A stretch of 63,692 bases of DNA, filler included, from Asterionella formosa (lineage: Eukaryota): NCBI GenBank assembly GCA_002256025.1. It is 5 parts of 5 records of this genome, joined end to end, with 100 filler letters (N's around TTAATTAATTAA, not from the genome) between each part and the next. Parts side by side here need not be neighbours in the genome. Positions count along the whole stretch, not along the records: positions 38,283 to 50,937 come from NKIB01007307.1; positions 51,038 to 63,692 come from NKIB01007311.1; 3 more parts are not named here. One strand, given 5' to 3'. The notes under the pieces were generated by a model. That model worked only from the letters and a program-made list of their open reading frames with translations. It ran no database searches and was not told the origin of the DNA. The position numbers were made by a program, and so were the translations under genes. This document shows positions 48,801 through 60,051 of the stretch, in pieces. Each line of letters begins with the position of its first letter. The first letter of the stretch is position 1.

Positions 48801-50045
48801 GCTGCCACTTTCGATGTCTTGAGTGGTTTTTGAAACAATAGGTAGCGGAGATGTTGTCCAACTAGATAAGTAGGAAACATAGTTCGCTGTAGATGGATTG
48901 CAAGTCAGTATACCTTCTTTCTCGGTCTGCACCTGTCGCGGTGTCGATAGTTCAGCAGTGTAACTGGTATTACCAGTCTGTCTTCCAACTTCTTCCACTA
49001 AGAGCGCCACTGCATTTCCTAACGCATCTTTTTTGGTAGAAGAAGGATACCCAAAGACCTTGAGCTCTATCGGTTCATGGATAGTAATGATGCAACAGAG
49101 GCGCGTCGGTTCCCCTATCCGAAACGACCGATTCCCTACCTTCTCTTTGTATAAGATGGAAAGACTGTCATGCCTTACCCCAATTTTATGGCATTCATGT
49201 ACCCAGCTAGGAAATTTTCTTTCACTTGCAGGAAGAAAAGCTGATGTCGGCGCTGATTCACTCTCGACCTTTTTGGTGTCGCTTTTGTCAATTGAATCGC
49301 CTCTGATATCCTCAGGACTGATGGGCAGGAACAGTTTCTGGTCCTTCATATCAGCACCCAACATGCTGTGAGCTTCGAGAACAGCCACGGCAACGGCCCG
49401 CTTTGCGAATCTCTTTCCGCTGAACACCACCTGATGCTTCTGGACAATATACTCCCCAAAACACTTCTTCGTTAGTTCAACAAGCTTGTTTTCTTTCCTC
49501 TCTTGGAACATAGGTATCGGAAGGCTGGAGAAGTAAACGTTTTTAGTGATTGGACAATGAAATGAAAAATTAAAGAAGGAACGGCCAGCAATATTTTGAG
49601 GTGGCTCTTCCTTGAAGAAACCTTTTGGGTTCACTTTGAGCTTCTGCTGATAAAATTCGTTCAGATAAACCATTGGGTCTCTGCTGACAAATCTTTCGAG
49701 CACATCGATAGCAATGTTTGTCAATACATTTAGATCAATTTCGTCTTGACCCTCGTCAAACAAATCTTCCAGGTCCGACATAGAAGCTTCGAGAGTGTCA
49801 TCCGGAATAGGAACTTCGGTTTGATCTGAAATTTCAGACAACTGCTTCTGCACTTGAACGCTGCTAAAATGAATTGTAACTTTGGACATCACGGAACCCG
49901 ATCGAATGCCGTCCATGTTAACGTCGAACGAAGGCAAAAAGGACGTGATTTTCAATGGAACTGATGCGGAGCAGCCAATTGATTTGTTTACAAAAAGCTT
50001 ATGATAAGACACTTGCTGTGTTGCGACTGTGGACTTGCGGCCCAT
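45879..50045 (-). CDS. Dicer-like RNase III protein (dsRBD-like N-terminus, platform/PAZ-like region, RNase IIIa, degenerate RNase IIIb; no helicase)
   Basis: 1388-aa ORF. RNase III signature ERYQRLEFLGDAVL plus TLADVAESLLG; second copy RDTLALLGASALQL plus DLAFSFKSIIGAL. dsRBD-like DPMVYLNEFYQQK...KRFAKRAVAVAVL and STKKDALGNAV. Platform-like LYLYRL...YMFAPL...VDW. Confidence 0.85.
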   Translation of the reverse strand: MGRKSTVATQQVSYHKLFVNKSIGCSASVPLKITSFLPSFDVNMDGIRSGSVMSKVTIHFSSVQVQKQLSEISDQTEVPIPDDTLEASMSDLEDLFDEGQDEIDLNVLTNIAIDVLERFVSRDPMVYLNEFYQQKLKVNPKGFFKEEPPQNIAGRSFFNFSFHCPITKNVYFSSLPIPMFQERKENKLVELTKKCFGEYIVQKHQVVFSGKRFAKRAVAVAVLEAHSMLGADMKDQKLFLPISPEDIRGDSIDKSDTKKVESESAPTSAFLPASERKFPSWVHECHKIGVRHDSLSILYKEKVGNRSFRIGEPTRLCCIITIHEPIELKVFGYPSSTKKDALGNAVALLVEEVGRQTGNTSYTAELSTPRQVQTEKEGILTCNPSTANYVSYLSSWTTSPLPIVSKTTQDIESGSVLYLYRLDFFDCEGQNFVTARSGVLKPTPLGVIFCAEIPVLANGYIEAQFAMKQKGPGQQANALVRLSKGIQLSGGNQPSPLTKDRLQDLIRFNREIQDWKRYGLRSVNELDTSEQILDGRTYMFAPLIENDSLEVDWISLRDISTQQLKPYIEAIDANWNLPLLGKVDLLFFSVLLLLLSWSFLTIGMANRGISVRNTLLREHFHELVVLGYKYIQAGKANDMKGIFAGWYLLLNSFLGSEKGTFAWELYAYFILLVSSIVSYLCYYLLPPTCHYTDYELSNRFLKNRFKFPTGRLFVTRPVPFRSFRITGRSRCRTKPCDDDYRNLCRQKWNYDPNTVTFVGRSLKRDGNLIRHVRMPLLQLYKVSKVSSHDPFNSFKYTNKEYYENVFPEAVMVYPMPKDVLFLLKHESSFMRALEFKMESLEWAFQLNELGKATCYPHSKRPRLPVVTLRGSPRSLPRLVEEACTLSPKERYQRLEFLGDAVLGYFLALNLMARNAELKWDFDELSNLLSVAARNSALYDASLRTGVNRMLRQDTDKWKSAFRSSATISNTTVKTTLEFSLLMGSSSQIEEIRELRDRTLADVAESLLGIAFLDGLHKLDENNSNLTIALLNEFRLPLPKERCKTEESGWPWFRAMGCCMKAGYPFDLDKSWKKQLVSVGTALYTNDEMILELTQGYTKLVEKLVELSGQLSLHEILSVQASKILLLCSIFDESLSDNSDSGSSIMSLSNGSTMNSEETSIPPLERTRPSLSRETEASDDALSIESTFEKGLFRAGLTRDTLALLGASALQLCITHQLFERNPDVQEGGLHVLRAVASTDDCVVYVFIKNGFDVFLFDKKAPAISRFKTEMALSDSIGRQKWDTLGGWILDGGNKEFERRWTLNSDRVPEPKYTGIGGGRLYSHQKGKLPEFITADLAFSFKSIIGALVLCVGVDGMWQCIGPVFEELLLLSFEEVRREYDFSTIVKGK

Positions 50046-50937
50046 ATACTGCGGGGGGAAACATACAAACAGGCAGAGATGATGTCAGATGGTAAAACAC
50101 ACAAGCATGACCGAAAAATGATTTTTTTATCATGCACAATCATACAAATCATGCTCCATAAATACATAGATAGCTGTACAAACGTACACACCTATGTATG
50201 TCCACATCATAAACCAGACGCCAGAGGACGTTGCGGGATATGAATAAGACCAAAACTAATACGGGTAGACATACGAGAAAAACACAATAGCTAATTTGAT
50301 ATTCCGGTATAAAGTTCTCATTACCACAACGAGTTTTGGAGGTAAATATTCATACCGGTAAACCTCAATTCCGGTATTTTACCTGATGGTTCCAGTACTC
50401 TACGTATTTATATATACCGGTATATACTATGACATTTATTATCTTTAAGTTGTGTGCAACTAACGGCAGTTGTCAAGGGGCATAAGAAGAACAACTGCCA
50501 ATCATTTCTTGTTCATATTTTTATTTTTAAAAACATTCAATAAGCTTCTTTCTTCAAGAAATAGCCAACATTTGACCAGTAAAAGTTTCAAAAAGTTGAT
50601 TTAGGCAGAGAAGAAATCAGTATCATCCATGTATTCCCTTTTCTGTATTTAGTAACAATAAGGCCTTGGTATCAAAAACTTTCACAAGCAACGAATAACC
50701 TTAGGGATGACAAATGTATCCATTAGCATCATCATCACACCATTTATCAACCACCTTGGTATCACAAAGTCTCACAAGTGCATATAGCCCACAATCTGGG
50801 TGGATGGCATACGTATTCATTAACAGCATCAAAACACTTTTGACTTGTTGCTTGACTTGGTCAATGCATCCAACTGGTTCAAGCTCCTTCGTTTTGGAGC
50901 AGGATACTTTTCGGTCGCGACATCTTGTCTCTTGATC

Positions 50938-51037
50938 NNNNNNNNNNNNNNNNNNNNNNNNNNNNNNNNNNNNNNNNNNNNTTAATTAATTAANNNNNNN
51001 NNNNNNNNNNNNNNNNNNNNNNNNNNNNNNNNNNNNN
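50938..51037. other. Artificial contig linker
   Basis: N44-TTAATTAATTAA-N44. Confidence 0.97.
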
Positions 51038-52571
51038 TGGTTGAAATAACATGGAATCATGCATATTCAGTGGCCATACTGATCTGCAATGGTGCTTTGG
51101 TGCCAGTATAGAAAGATTCCGAGAACCCAATTTCTTCAGGTATATGGAATTCTTGTGGAAGATATCCTGTATCGGTGCATAACAATTCCAATCCTTTTCT
51201 GCATCCGGGGATGATGCAGTACTTATGGGCAAGGTGAAATACTTGATCATAATGTTCATCCAAACTTGCATCTTTTCCTGGATCACGGACTTGACATAAT
51301 CCATCATTTATAGCAAAAAGATAATGCACAAAATGATTGTCTTCCTCCTCATCTGATCTTTTGCAATACACAATTAGAACATAGTTACTTTTGTAATGAA
51401 GTGGATGACAATCACCTTTGTATATATATGGATTGATATTACCCTTTTCTGGGTTCTCATCCAGATCAAATATAGTATAACCTTTACATCACTTGGATGA
51501 AGTTCATGAATTATATAATGGATCATAGAGGTAATTGTTTCAAGGTCCCAATATGCAAGATCTTTAAAATTTGAAGATGATTTTTTGATGATACTACCTT
51601 TGACTCCATAAAGTACAGAGGCGTAATTGCATATTTCTTGTGGGGTACGTGTGTACAAATCTTTCCACAATTTTAGTTTTCCATGAGTTTTCGGCAAATT
51701 CAAGGAAAATGCCGTTTGCTTTGGCATATTAACTCTACACATTTCACATGCCGACTCTTCACAAAAGTAGCTAGCTGCCTTCTAGATTGTTTTTAATGAT
51801 TTTACAAAGAAATTCTTTTGCTTCCATGTATGATTTAAAAAAGATTCAATTTTGTGTTTCTGACTTTGTTCCCTATTCAGAGCATCAACTGCCTTAGCCA
51901 GCATCACATGCATCTCTGTCTGCATTGATCTTCTTGAATTCGAGTCTTGATCTAGCTCAGACTTTTTCTTGAATATCTTTTCTTTTAGAAATGCAATAGT
52001 TTCTCTGCTTTCATGATGTTCATCTTGATGTTCTGGACGGATAGTGAGATATGTTTCTTGGTTTTGCAACTTTTCAACCATTTCTACTTCTGAAGTGTTG
52101 TCTGCCATATTTCTGCCGATATTTTCATTCATCGCATGATTTTGTTCATCAAATGAATGAGAATCACTGAGTTCTTCTTCATTATCAGCGATTTTGGGAG
52201 AATGAGGAGGAAAATACGACAGTGGATGGTGGAACTGTGACTCTGTACGAATAGAGTCTTCATCCACGAAGACCAACTGTTTGGGTTTCCTCTTCGAAAG
52301 CAGGCCAATCTTTCCTTCTTTTCAATCTCAGCCACTATTGTATCGGCATACTTGCTTCATTATTATTATTTTCTGGAGTATTATGAATCTGTTTAAATTC
52401 ATTTGATCTTTGAGTGTATTCAAAGGAATCTTCGATTGATTTCATAACTTTCTTCATCTTCTTTTCCGAAAACATAATGTCGTGTAGTGTAAACAATGGA
52501 AGTAAGTCTCGTTTCTTGTTTGACTGATCCTTTCCAAGAAATCCGTTAAAAGCCGTTCGGAAAGTTGTCAA
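51038..52571 (-). pseudogene. Frameshifted, multicopy, probably transposon-borne ORF of unknown function
   Basis: Chain of same-strand ORFs (52335-52571, 51782-52276, 51374-51742, 51057-51371) that read as one interrupted protein. Its 5' part recurs at 15662-16187. Confidence 0.5.
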
Positions 52572-53374
52572 AGGCCCAGAAAACTATGATGTAAAAGAGT
52601 GGAAGGGAAACGCAGAGCTTTTCGCGGAGCTTATTGCAGCGCTTGTGGAGGTAGAACTGGTGTGATGGTAACCGAGTGTAGTAATTGTTGAACAGAGCAC
52701 AGTGTAATATGCATGTTCCGCCAGCGTAGTGTTTACACAATACACATGCCGGCATATATATAGCTAAAACAACGAAAAACGAAACGACAATGAACGTGTT
52801 GGCTGGTTGTTGAGGATACCGGTATGTGATATGCATCAATCCATCATGTCACAAATCATATTATAGTGATGTACATATCAACGCATCCGTATACTTAGAT
52901 CCTATCCACTGTATAATGCTATCATATTAACTGTTGACTTTAACTGTATACATTAAACGACAAACACATATATTAATTAACATACTTTATGTATGATTGC
53001 TTGATTTATATTCTGTGATGTATCGATAACACTTGCGTACATATTTTATTGAACTTTATTGTCATTGTACTATTTTTACATGATCATATTTTGATCAAAA
53101 TTATATCATATACATTTGATAAAGTCATCACAGTTTTATGATCAATGTGTCATAGCTATGTGATGTACTTTATTCATTATTACGTATCATACTTTGGTGA
53201 TGTATGCATCGATGTAACCCTATCATGATATCACATTATCATCCTATCAATCATGATGAGATGATTGGGAAGCAACTGTATTCTGCATCGTGCTACGGGG
53301 CATATTATTATATCACGCAATTTAGTAGCGAAGTCACTCCACCTGTAATGTACAAAAGTCGACAGTGCACATAC

Positions 53375-54283
53375 TCACACACTAATCAGGTTTGAGGAAA
53401 CGGACAGTGGTTCCAACGAGCGAATAATGATACCACAAGTACAAATTTTTCCAGCGTAAGAACCTGTCTCTCTATTGATGAGGATGACACGGACACCGAT
53501 TTTCCAGGAGCAAACCACAATGAAGAAACCCACTTGTCGCTCTATTGATGTTAACAAAGATGCGGACAAGTTCAACAGTGAATACAAGAACAACATACCA
53601 ATGAAAACAAGTCGACAGTGTGTGTACGCACACGCCAAGCAGGTTTGAGGCAACGGACAATTCCAACAATCAAATGACGATACAGATATCAAATTTTTCC
53701 TATGAGCAAACAACAATGAAAAGAGCCACTTGCTTTCGGTCTCTTGATGGTATCAAAGATGCGGACAAGCTCAATAGTTAATTCAAGTACAGTATGCCAA
53801 ATGCAGAAACGAGCGAGCGATATGAAAATGAAATGCATTTTAATCAGAATCATTCTATAACTATAGTAGCTATGTGGACAGTAGTCTGTTACGCACATTT
53901 TCATATCTCCTTCTATGCTGAATCTTAATAGTAGATGTAGTATCATGTGAGAATTGAAAATATCAACGAGAACAAGTAGAATGTGTTTGTTTACGGGTTG
54001 ATTGGCGAGATTGTCATGCTGAAGTGGACAAAACGGATATACTTTGTGCGCTGTGTACGGAAACATTATGAGTTTATTCAAAGGCGCTCTCGATATGGAA
54101 CATCTGATATGGTTAAAATGATCATACTTGCATATACATAAGATTACGAGTTCGAATGATTTCTTCTCTCCTGTAAACTCTTAATTGAATGATTATGAAC
54201 AAAGCAAGGTTCACTGCACATGACGATTACTCGAAGATATAAAGATCACTTGACCAACAAATTGAAGACGTTATCGCAAACAT
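53375..54283 (-). repeat. Dispersed ~0.9-kb repeat (inverted copy of 24155-25020)
   Basis: Reverse-complement match. Confidence 0.8.
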
Positions 54284-54756
54284 TCATTCCGCTTGTCATC
54301 GCTAGGACAGTATGTCGTTGTTGTTGCAAAAATCGGAGTGATGAGGGGCGGATGGAAATGACGAGCCAAATTACATTACTTGAACTGGTACATTATCCTA
54401 CCAAGAAATTCGAATACAGGAATCAAATAGAAACAATACTTATAATAAATAAATATATGTAGTCAAAAGGGTTACTATTTAAATTACAAAGGCATTTATC
54501 AAAATTATTAGATGATACAACGAAATGTTATAATCAGATGATCACAATCCTATGATGCATCATGGAAATATGATAGTTTTTTTGCAGACGATGACATTGT
54601 TTGCCAAAGAATATGTGCCGAAGGTCCAATTATGTTTCCAATCCAGAAGCCTAAAGCACATTAGAGACTGATACTGGTACTTGTTAAGCAAACTTTAGCT
54701 ACTGGTTGTTCTTATTTTTCTCTTGCCAACACAGCACTGCAACGACAGCAAATATC

Positions 54757-57006
54757 ATGGATCTGTGTGAAAATAACAATGACGAGGACAAATGTCAATT
54801 CTGTGGTACAGGTCATTTTAAATCAATTCGTGGTCATCACAGACACAGCCCTTCGTGTGGGCAACAGTATATGATTCAATCTCAGATTCAAGCATCGCAG
54901 ACATCATCAATGGTAGCTGCTTTGCCAAGAGATGGATGATACCACTCTCAAGAACCCCTTGCAAAATTCCTGAAACAATTGCCACCAGCCATTGTTTTCG
55001 TTCAAACAGTTGGTTTTGATGCCGATGACTATGATAATGGTTTATTCCTTGATAGTTTAGTAGATCATGATGCTGCTGCTATTAACAGTCCAATCATTCA
55101 AAACACAGAAATAAACGACGTTGTAAACCCTACCAACTTCCGATTTCGCCAAGAAGATCCAGGTACAGCCTACACACAAAAGGATGTTGTAAAAACGGAG
55201 CTACTTAGCATTTTACTTGTAAGTAGGTCACCATTATATCTTTATGATGTAATTCTGAAATGGCATGTCTCTTCTCAAATGGCAGGAATGACGATTTTAG
55301 AAGCTATTCCTCAATGTCAAAACACATATCTCAAAGATCTGTTAACCCAATTTTAGATGGACAACCAAAAGCCATGTGTCAAGGCAGTCACTCTCCTCTG
55401 TGGTAGAAGTGTTGGTGTTGTTTGCTTTTATTTTTTTGTTGCAATCAAGAGCTTACTTTCCAATCCCAGATTCATGCATCCCAATAAGAATGTTTCATTT
55501 GATTTTTCTGATCCCTGCAAGGCTCCACAACCATCTGATGTCCGTTCAGAATTACACACCAGGACTTGGTGGATTGATGCTTACAACTGCCTGCCTGTGC
55601 ATTCAACCCAATGATTTTCTCGCCCCTTTCATGTTTTTCATTGAAAGAACACACACTGTAGAAAATTCTAAATTCACCACAGAGCCAGTTTTGTTTTCTC
55701 TTGGGATTTTCTGTACAACTGTAAGGAACAAAGTCATTGCTTGGCGCCTCCTTGGTCTTATCCCAAAACTTGATGGTCAGAGTCTTGCAATGAACGAAAA
55801 TATGACTACCGACGATAAGTGCAAGGATTATCATACAATTTTGGCAATTATATTGTCGGGAGTTCAAGAGACTCAGAAATCTGGTGGCTTCAAGTATAAT
55901 TTCAATTTCCATCATGGCAAACAGCATAGCCTGGTTGTAAAGGTACCGGTCGGTTTAGTGCTTGGCGATGCGGAAGGATTGGACAATCAGTGTGGGAGGA
56001 TTAAATATTACCTGAAAACTTTTCGTCTCTGTTGGGAATGTGATTGTTCATACAACAGTTTAGATATACCATCAATTAAATGCTCTCCAGTAGGTCAAGT
56101 GGGTTGTGCTTCCCTATTAGGAATGAATGACAAAACACTACTAATGGATGCTGTGTTACAGCGTTTTATCACACCTTGCTGGTATGCGTTGGATTTTGGT
56201 GGAGATCCATTGGGAATCAATGGCCGCCATTGCCCTCCTGAAAAGGTTGCCTTCAATACATGAGGGAATGATGATGCATTATCTCATTCTTCTGTTCTCG
56301 GTAAAGTTTGGCACTGTTACCTCTGCTCAGGGGTTGAAAAATAGATCCGCTTTTGATACATTATTCATAAAAGTGTCAAAGATGATGCATCATCAAAGCG
56401 ATCGGAATATGCCAAGGTGCATTTTTCGTGTTGGATTCCATGGATGTTGTCCAAAGATTACAAGAAATGAAACCATTGGGGTAATGCTTGTTGCGTGTTT
56501 GGTAATGGCTACAGACGCCGGAATCAAGCTTTGCAAGGACAAGGTTGGAATGTCAATGCAGGAAATAAAAGACATCCAAATGATTTTCGAGGGCATGGGG
56601 GGGGGGTTCCTGGTTCAGCCAAGAAAGTTATGAAGTACATCGATTGATGGAAATTGAATGTCGATCCATTGTCAAGTACTAAACAAAATAAGACAAGATT
56701 TTCCCAAGAAAAACGACAGAGCAAGGCTGAAAAATGACAAAGTTTCACCAGCAGATGCATACTGTCCAAAATATCGAACGGTTTGGCAGTTTGCAAGTTT
56801 TCAATGGGGGACCAATGGAAAAGAATTTGAAATTCCTTTGCAAGTTACCAGCGAAAACATCTCAAAAACGACATCACCTAATGGACCTTCAATCTGGACA
56901 ACGAATTATCATAAACATTGCCATAGGTATTGCTTGTCGGGAATTTTTGGGAAGAGATTCTTTTGAATATGACAATACAGATTTTCTCACCAAGCACTGG
57001 AACTGA
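54757..57006 (+). pseudogene. Plavaka-like (CACTA-related) transposase, frameshifted
   Basis: N-terminal C..C...H....C zinc finger, PLYLYD.ILKW, IKSLLSNP, SELHT..WW, EPVLFSLGIF...R....AWR.LG.IP, YH..L..IL, VLGDAEG.D..CG, RLCWEC, QSDRNMPR, KFHQ..H...I.RFGS, K.PAK.SQKR. Confidence 0.75.
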
Positions 57007-58048
57007 TAGACTACCAAATACTATCCAACATACATGATCATAAATTTATAATATTGTATATTTGTGGGTGCAGGTCCTTCACCAGACCACAATACCAATT
57101 TTACTGAATCCATTTCTTCTTGATTCCAACATGGTTATATTGCATGATCACTTAGCTAGTAGTACTACCGTGCGTTATAGCAGTGATATTTGTCATGTTG
57201 TAAATTCTGTGACAGATCATCAGGCAAAATAATTTACCAACAAGCAACAATGGTGATCTCGAACAGCCTAACTGCATCCTGACTTGGGAAAATGATGATC
57301 ATTATTCCAGTCCCACTTCCTGAGAACACATATCGTGTTGTGGTTAAATGGAGACTTCGAGTACTGCTTGATAGGCACTGTGACCACACTCACCGTATTT
57401 TACTTCGGCATTTATTTCAAGGGCATGTCGACGACACTGTGAATGCGGACCTTGATAGTTTATTGGACATCATGTTTAGGAGATTTGAGTCAGTGAATTT
57501 GTCAACTTTCATTAAAAAAAAGGGTGGAAAGAAGATTGGATGGCATGCACTTGTTATTGATCATAGCAATGTCAAGTTTGCTAGAAGCTTTGTTGATGAG
57601 GTTTGCCCTTCGAACCAATGTGACCGCATTAAACATCTCAACATTTTCCTACCAAAAGTTGCAAACGCAATGAAAACTGTTCATTTGATTATTGATGATG
57701 ATTTCATGCTACAGATTGAAGGGACTCTATCATCTTCCAAGATATTTTTGTTGAAATTGGTCTTTCCTTCTGGACCAATTTTTCGGAACAAAAGATTTTC
57801 CTTTTCTTGACCTGGGCTTTAAAATTTTTTTGGGGCAACTCGGAAATGATGAGGCTAAGTGGTGGAGCTTTTTCTTTCAAGCCAAGAATGTTCCAGATCA
57901 GCTGCTGGTCTTTGTCTTTGGCATGCTCGCTAATAGTGAATTCAATCCATTCAATGGAGGCAAGACTCTCCTAGTATGCCTTGATTTGAATCATGAACCA
58001 ACAACAACTAACTGGACTGTATTGGAAATCTTGGTGGATCTTGGAACA

Positions 58049-58339
58049 GCTGATGCAGCCATAATATTCTTCCAGATAGAGGAACAGCTGAGAGGGTCCG
58101 AAGAACAGGATCGGCTGGAAATCTCCATTTATTATCATATCAAAACAAAAGTAGCGGCGTTTCAGCAGTCCAAGACAATATAAACGGTGTATTGTTTGCC
58201 ATGTTTACTGATGTCTCTTTAGCTTTTGCATGATGGTCACAATGGTTAGTCAATCTGGAGATATTCATCAACATTGTCAGAGGGAATAAAGCAAGTGTAA
58301 TGACATGATAGAATCTGCAACATGATAGAATCTGCATCC
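58049..58339 (+). repeat. ~290-bp direct repeat (second copy at 60060-60346)
   Basis: CAGCTGAGAGGGTCCGAAGAACAGGATC...GGGAATAAAGCAAGTGTAATGACATGATA...AGAATCTGCATCCA in both. Confidence 0.85.
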
Positions 58340-58398
58340 AACCGAAAGCTAAAAAAACCCAGCTCTACTAATGCTACCCAAACTTTTGTCTTCGTGCA

Positions 58399-58418
58399 CC
58401 TAACCCTAACCCTAACCC
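58399..58418 (+). repeat. Short interstitial telomere-like repeat, about three CCCTAA units
   Basis: CCTAACCCTAACCCTAACCC. Confidence 0.8.
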
Positions 58419-59144
58419 AGCCATAATGTACCTGGTACCGACCTCAATTCGTGATCCACATGTTCAATTCACATAATTCATCGTCATAGAGAGCAGGTGC
58501 GTTTATTTCCCGAAGAAATTCCAAGAACTGAAAAGGAAGCAAGTCTTCTCACTTTACTTTCACTTAGACGGAAGGCTTTTGTACCAACAGTTTGTCGGTC
58601 GGAGTCGAAATGTAAAAATTCTCAATCATTTCCGGAATTTTTCTTAGCGGAATACTATACCTGGGAGCTAAAATGACCCTCGGGTCATTTACTCTTTATA
58701 TTAATTAAATAGCTGTAGTATGTTTCATATGCCAGTATACTTCCACCTTTTGCTACTGTACATTATACCGAATTTTTTTAACGTCCCAGGTGGAGTAATA
58801 CCGGTCTACTTGTGCACTGGATAAATAGTGTAATTACTAGCTTGTAATTTTTCAAAATGTCTTCATCAGTCATGAAACGTTTTTATACAAGATCCATTTC
58901 GTACCTTAATTATTTTAAAAAAAATTGTGACTAGCAATATTGTTCCATATCATATAGTATACACATAAGCCCTTTCATCTCTATACATTTAATTATTTAG
59001 ATTGTGCATATAACGCAGAGCATAGGAAGAAAAAAATATATATACCGTTATAGTCGTTGGAAAGAAACCAGTGAGGTCTTGTAGTAATGAATAATATGTT
59101 TACATATATATGATGCCTACAGGTATTACATATAAGCCCTTTTA

Positions 59145-59249
59145 TCAAACCCTCCTTTAACGTACGGAGTAGTTAAAAGTCAAACCCTCCTTTAACGTAC
59201 GGAGTAGTTAAAAGTCAAACCCTCCTTTAACGTACGGAGTAGTTAAAAG
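59145..59249 (+). repeat. Perfect 35-bp tandem repeat x3
   Basis: (TCAAACCCTCCTTTAACGTACGGAGTAGTTAAAAG)3 with no spacers. Confidence 0.95.
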
Positions 59250-59495
59250 CATACATACCGATATATGCATGACAATCATCATCATGCATTGTAGATACCA
59301 GTACCGGTAGGTTAAAAAAACATTCTGGTAGCTATGCTCATCATCATGGCATAATAAATAGTTGTATATATGAGGATGAACAATATTTCCGGCATCTTCC
59401 TCACGACCGGCAACAAGAATGTTGCAGCTCAATCGATGAAAGATCTCCTTGCTGTTTACGCTGCTATGGCCAGTGGCAACAAGTCTCACAACGCT

Positions 59496-60051
59496 TGGTC
59501 ATGTGGACCATGACCTATGGTACAGTATGTACCACGCTAGAAATACTATATTAGATGGTATAAGTCCTATATAATGTTAACCTCATAGGCTCTTCTATAC
59601 AGACCATATACTTGTTTACTCTCAACAAAGAGATTTACGCAATACACACTGTGTATGTATACCACGTCAACCCTAATGAAAGGTGTACCCTTTCATATTA
59701 CGCACACGACTACCATGGTACCCATATGTAGTACACATACATGTACACGGGATTGATCATGATTAGCACGTGAAGCTATATACTAGCCCATAGTACATAT
59801 TGCATTATGTACCCGCAGGTATATATGCTACGAGATAACTATTGGTATATAGCTATGTACCTCTAGAATAGATGCACGCAAGAATGCTAGGCTAACATGA
59901 CACCTAGTAATATGGACTCTTGACGCCTAGCTAGTACGTACACTTCTCATTAAGGCCCTTGTGAGTCCCCTTACCGGTAACTTTGAGCTAATATAGATAC
60001 ACTAATCATTAAGCTCATAATTACCCAGAACCTACTTGTTAAATCCTGACA
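59496..60051 (+). repeat. Possible solo LTR
   Basis: Termini TGGTCA...ATCCTGACA match the LTR at 28303-28699. Flanks ACGCT/ACCGT are only a partial target-site duplication. Confidence 0.35.

Noticed and set aside
43903..49371. Short ORFs antisense to NAA35 and the Dicer-like gene
   Set aside because: Expected shadow ORFs opposite long coding sequences; no independent evidence.
57292..58183. Plus-strand ORFs of 172 and 117 aa as genes
   Set aside because: No recognisable motifs; they read like antisense shadows of a decayed minus-strand sequence and overlap a dispersed repeat.
58399..58418. True telomere or chromosome end
   Set aside because: Only about three units, internal to a contig.
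59145..59249. 35-bp repeat x3 as a CRISPR array
   Set aside because: Repeats are head-to-tail with no spacers, there are no cas genes, and the context is eukaryotic.
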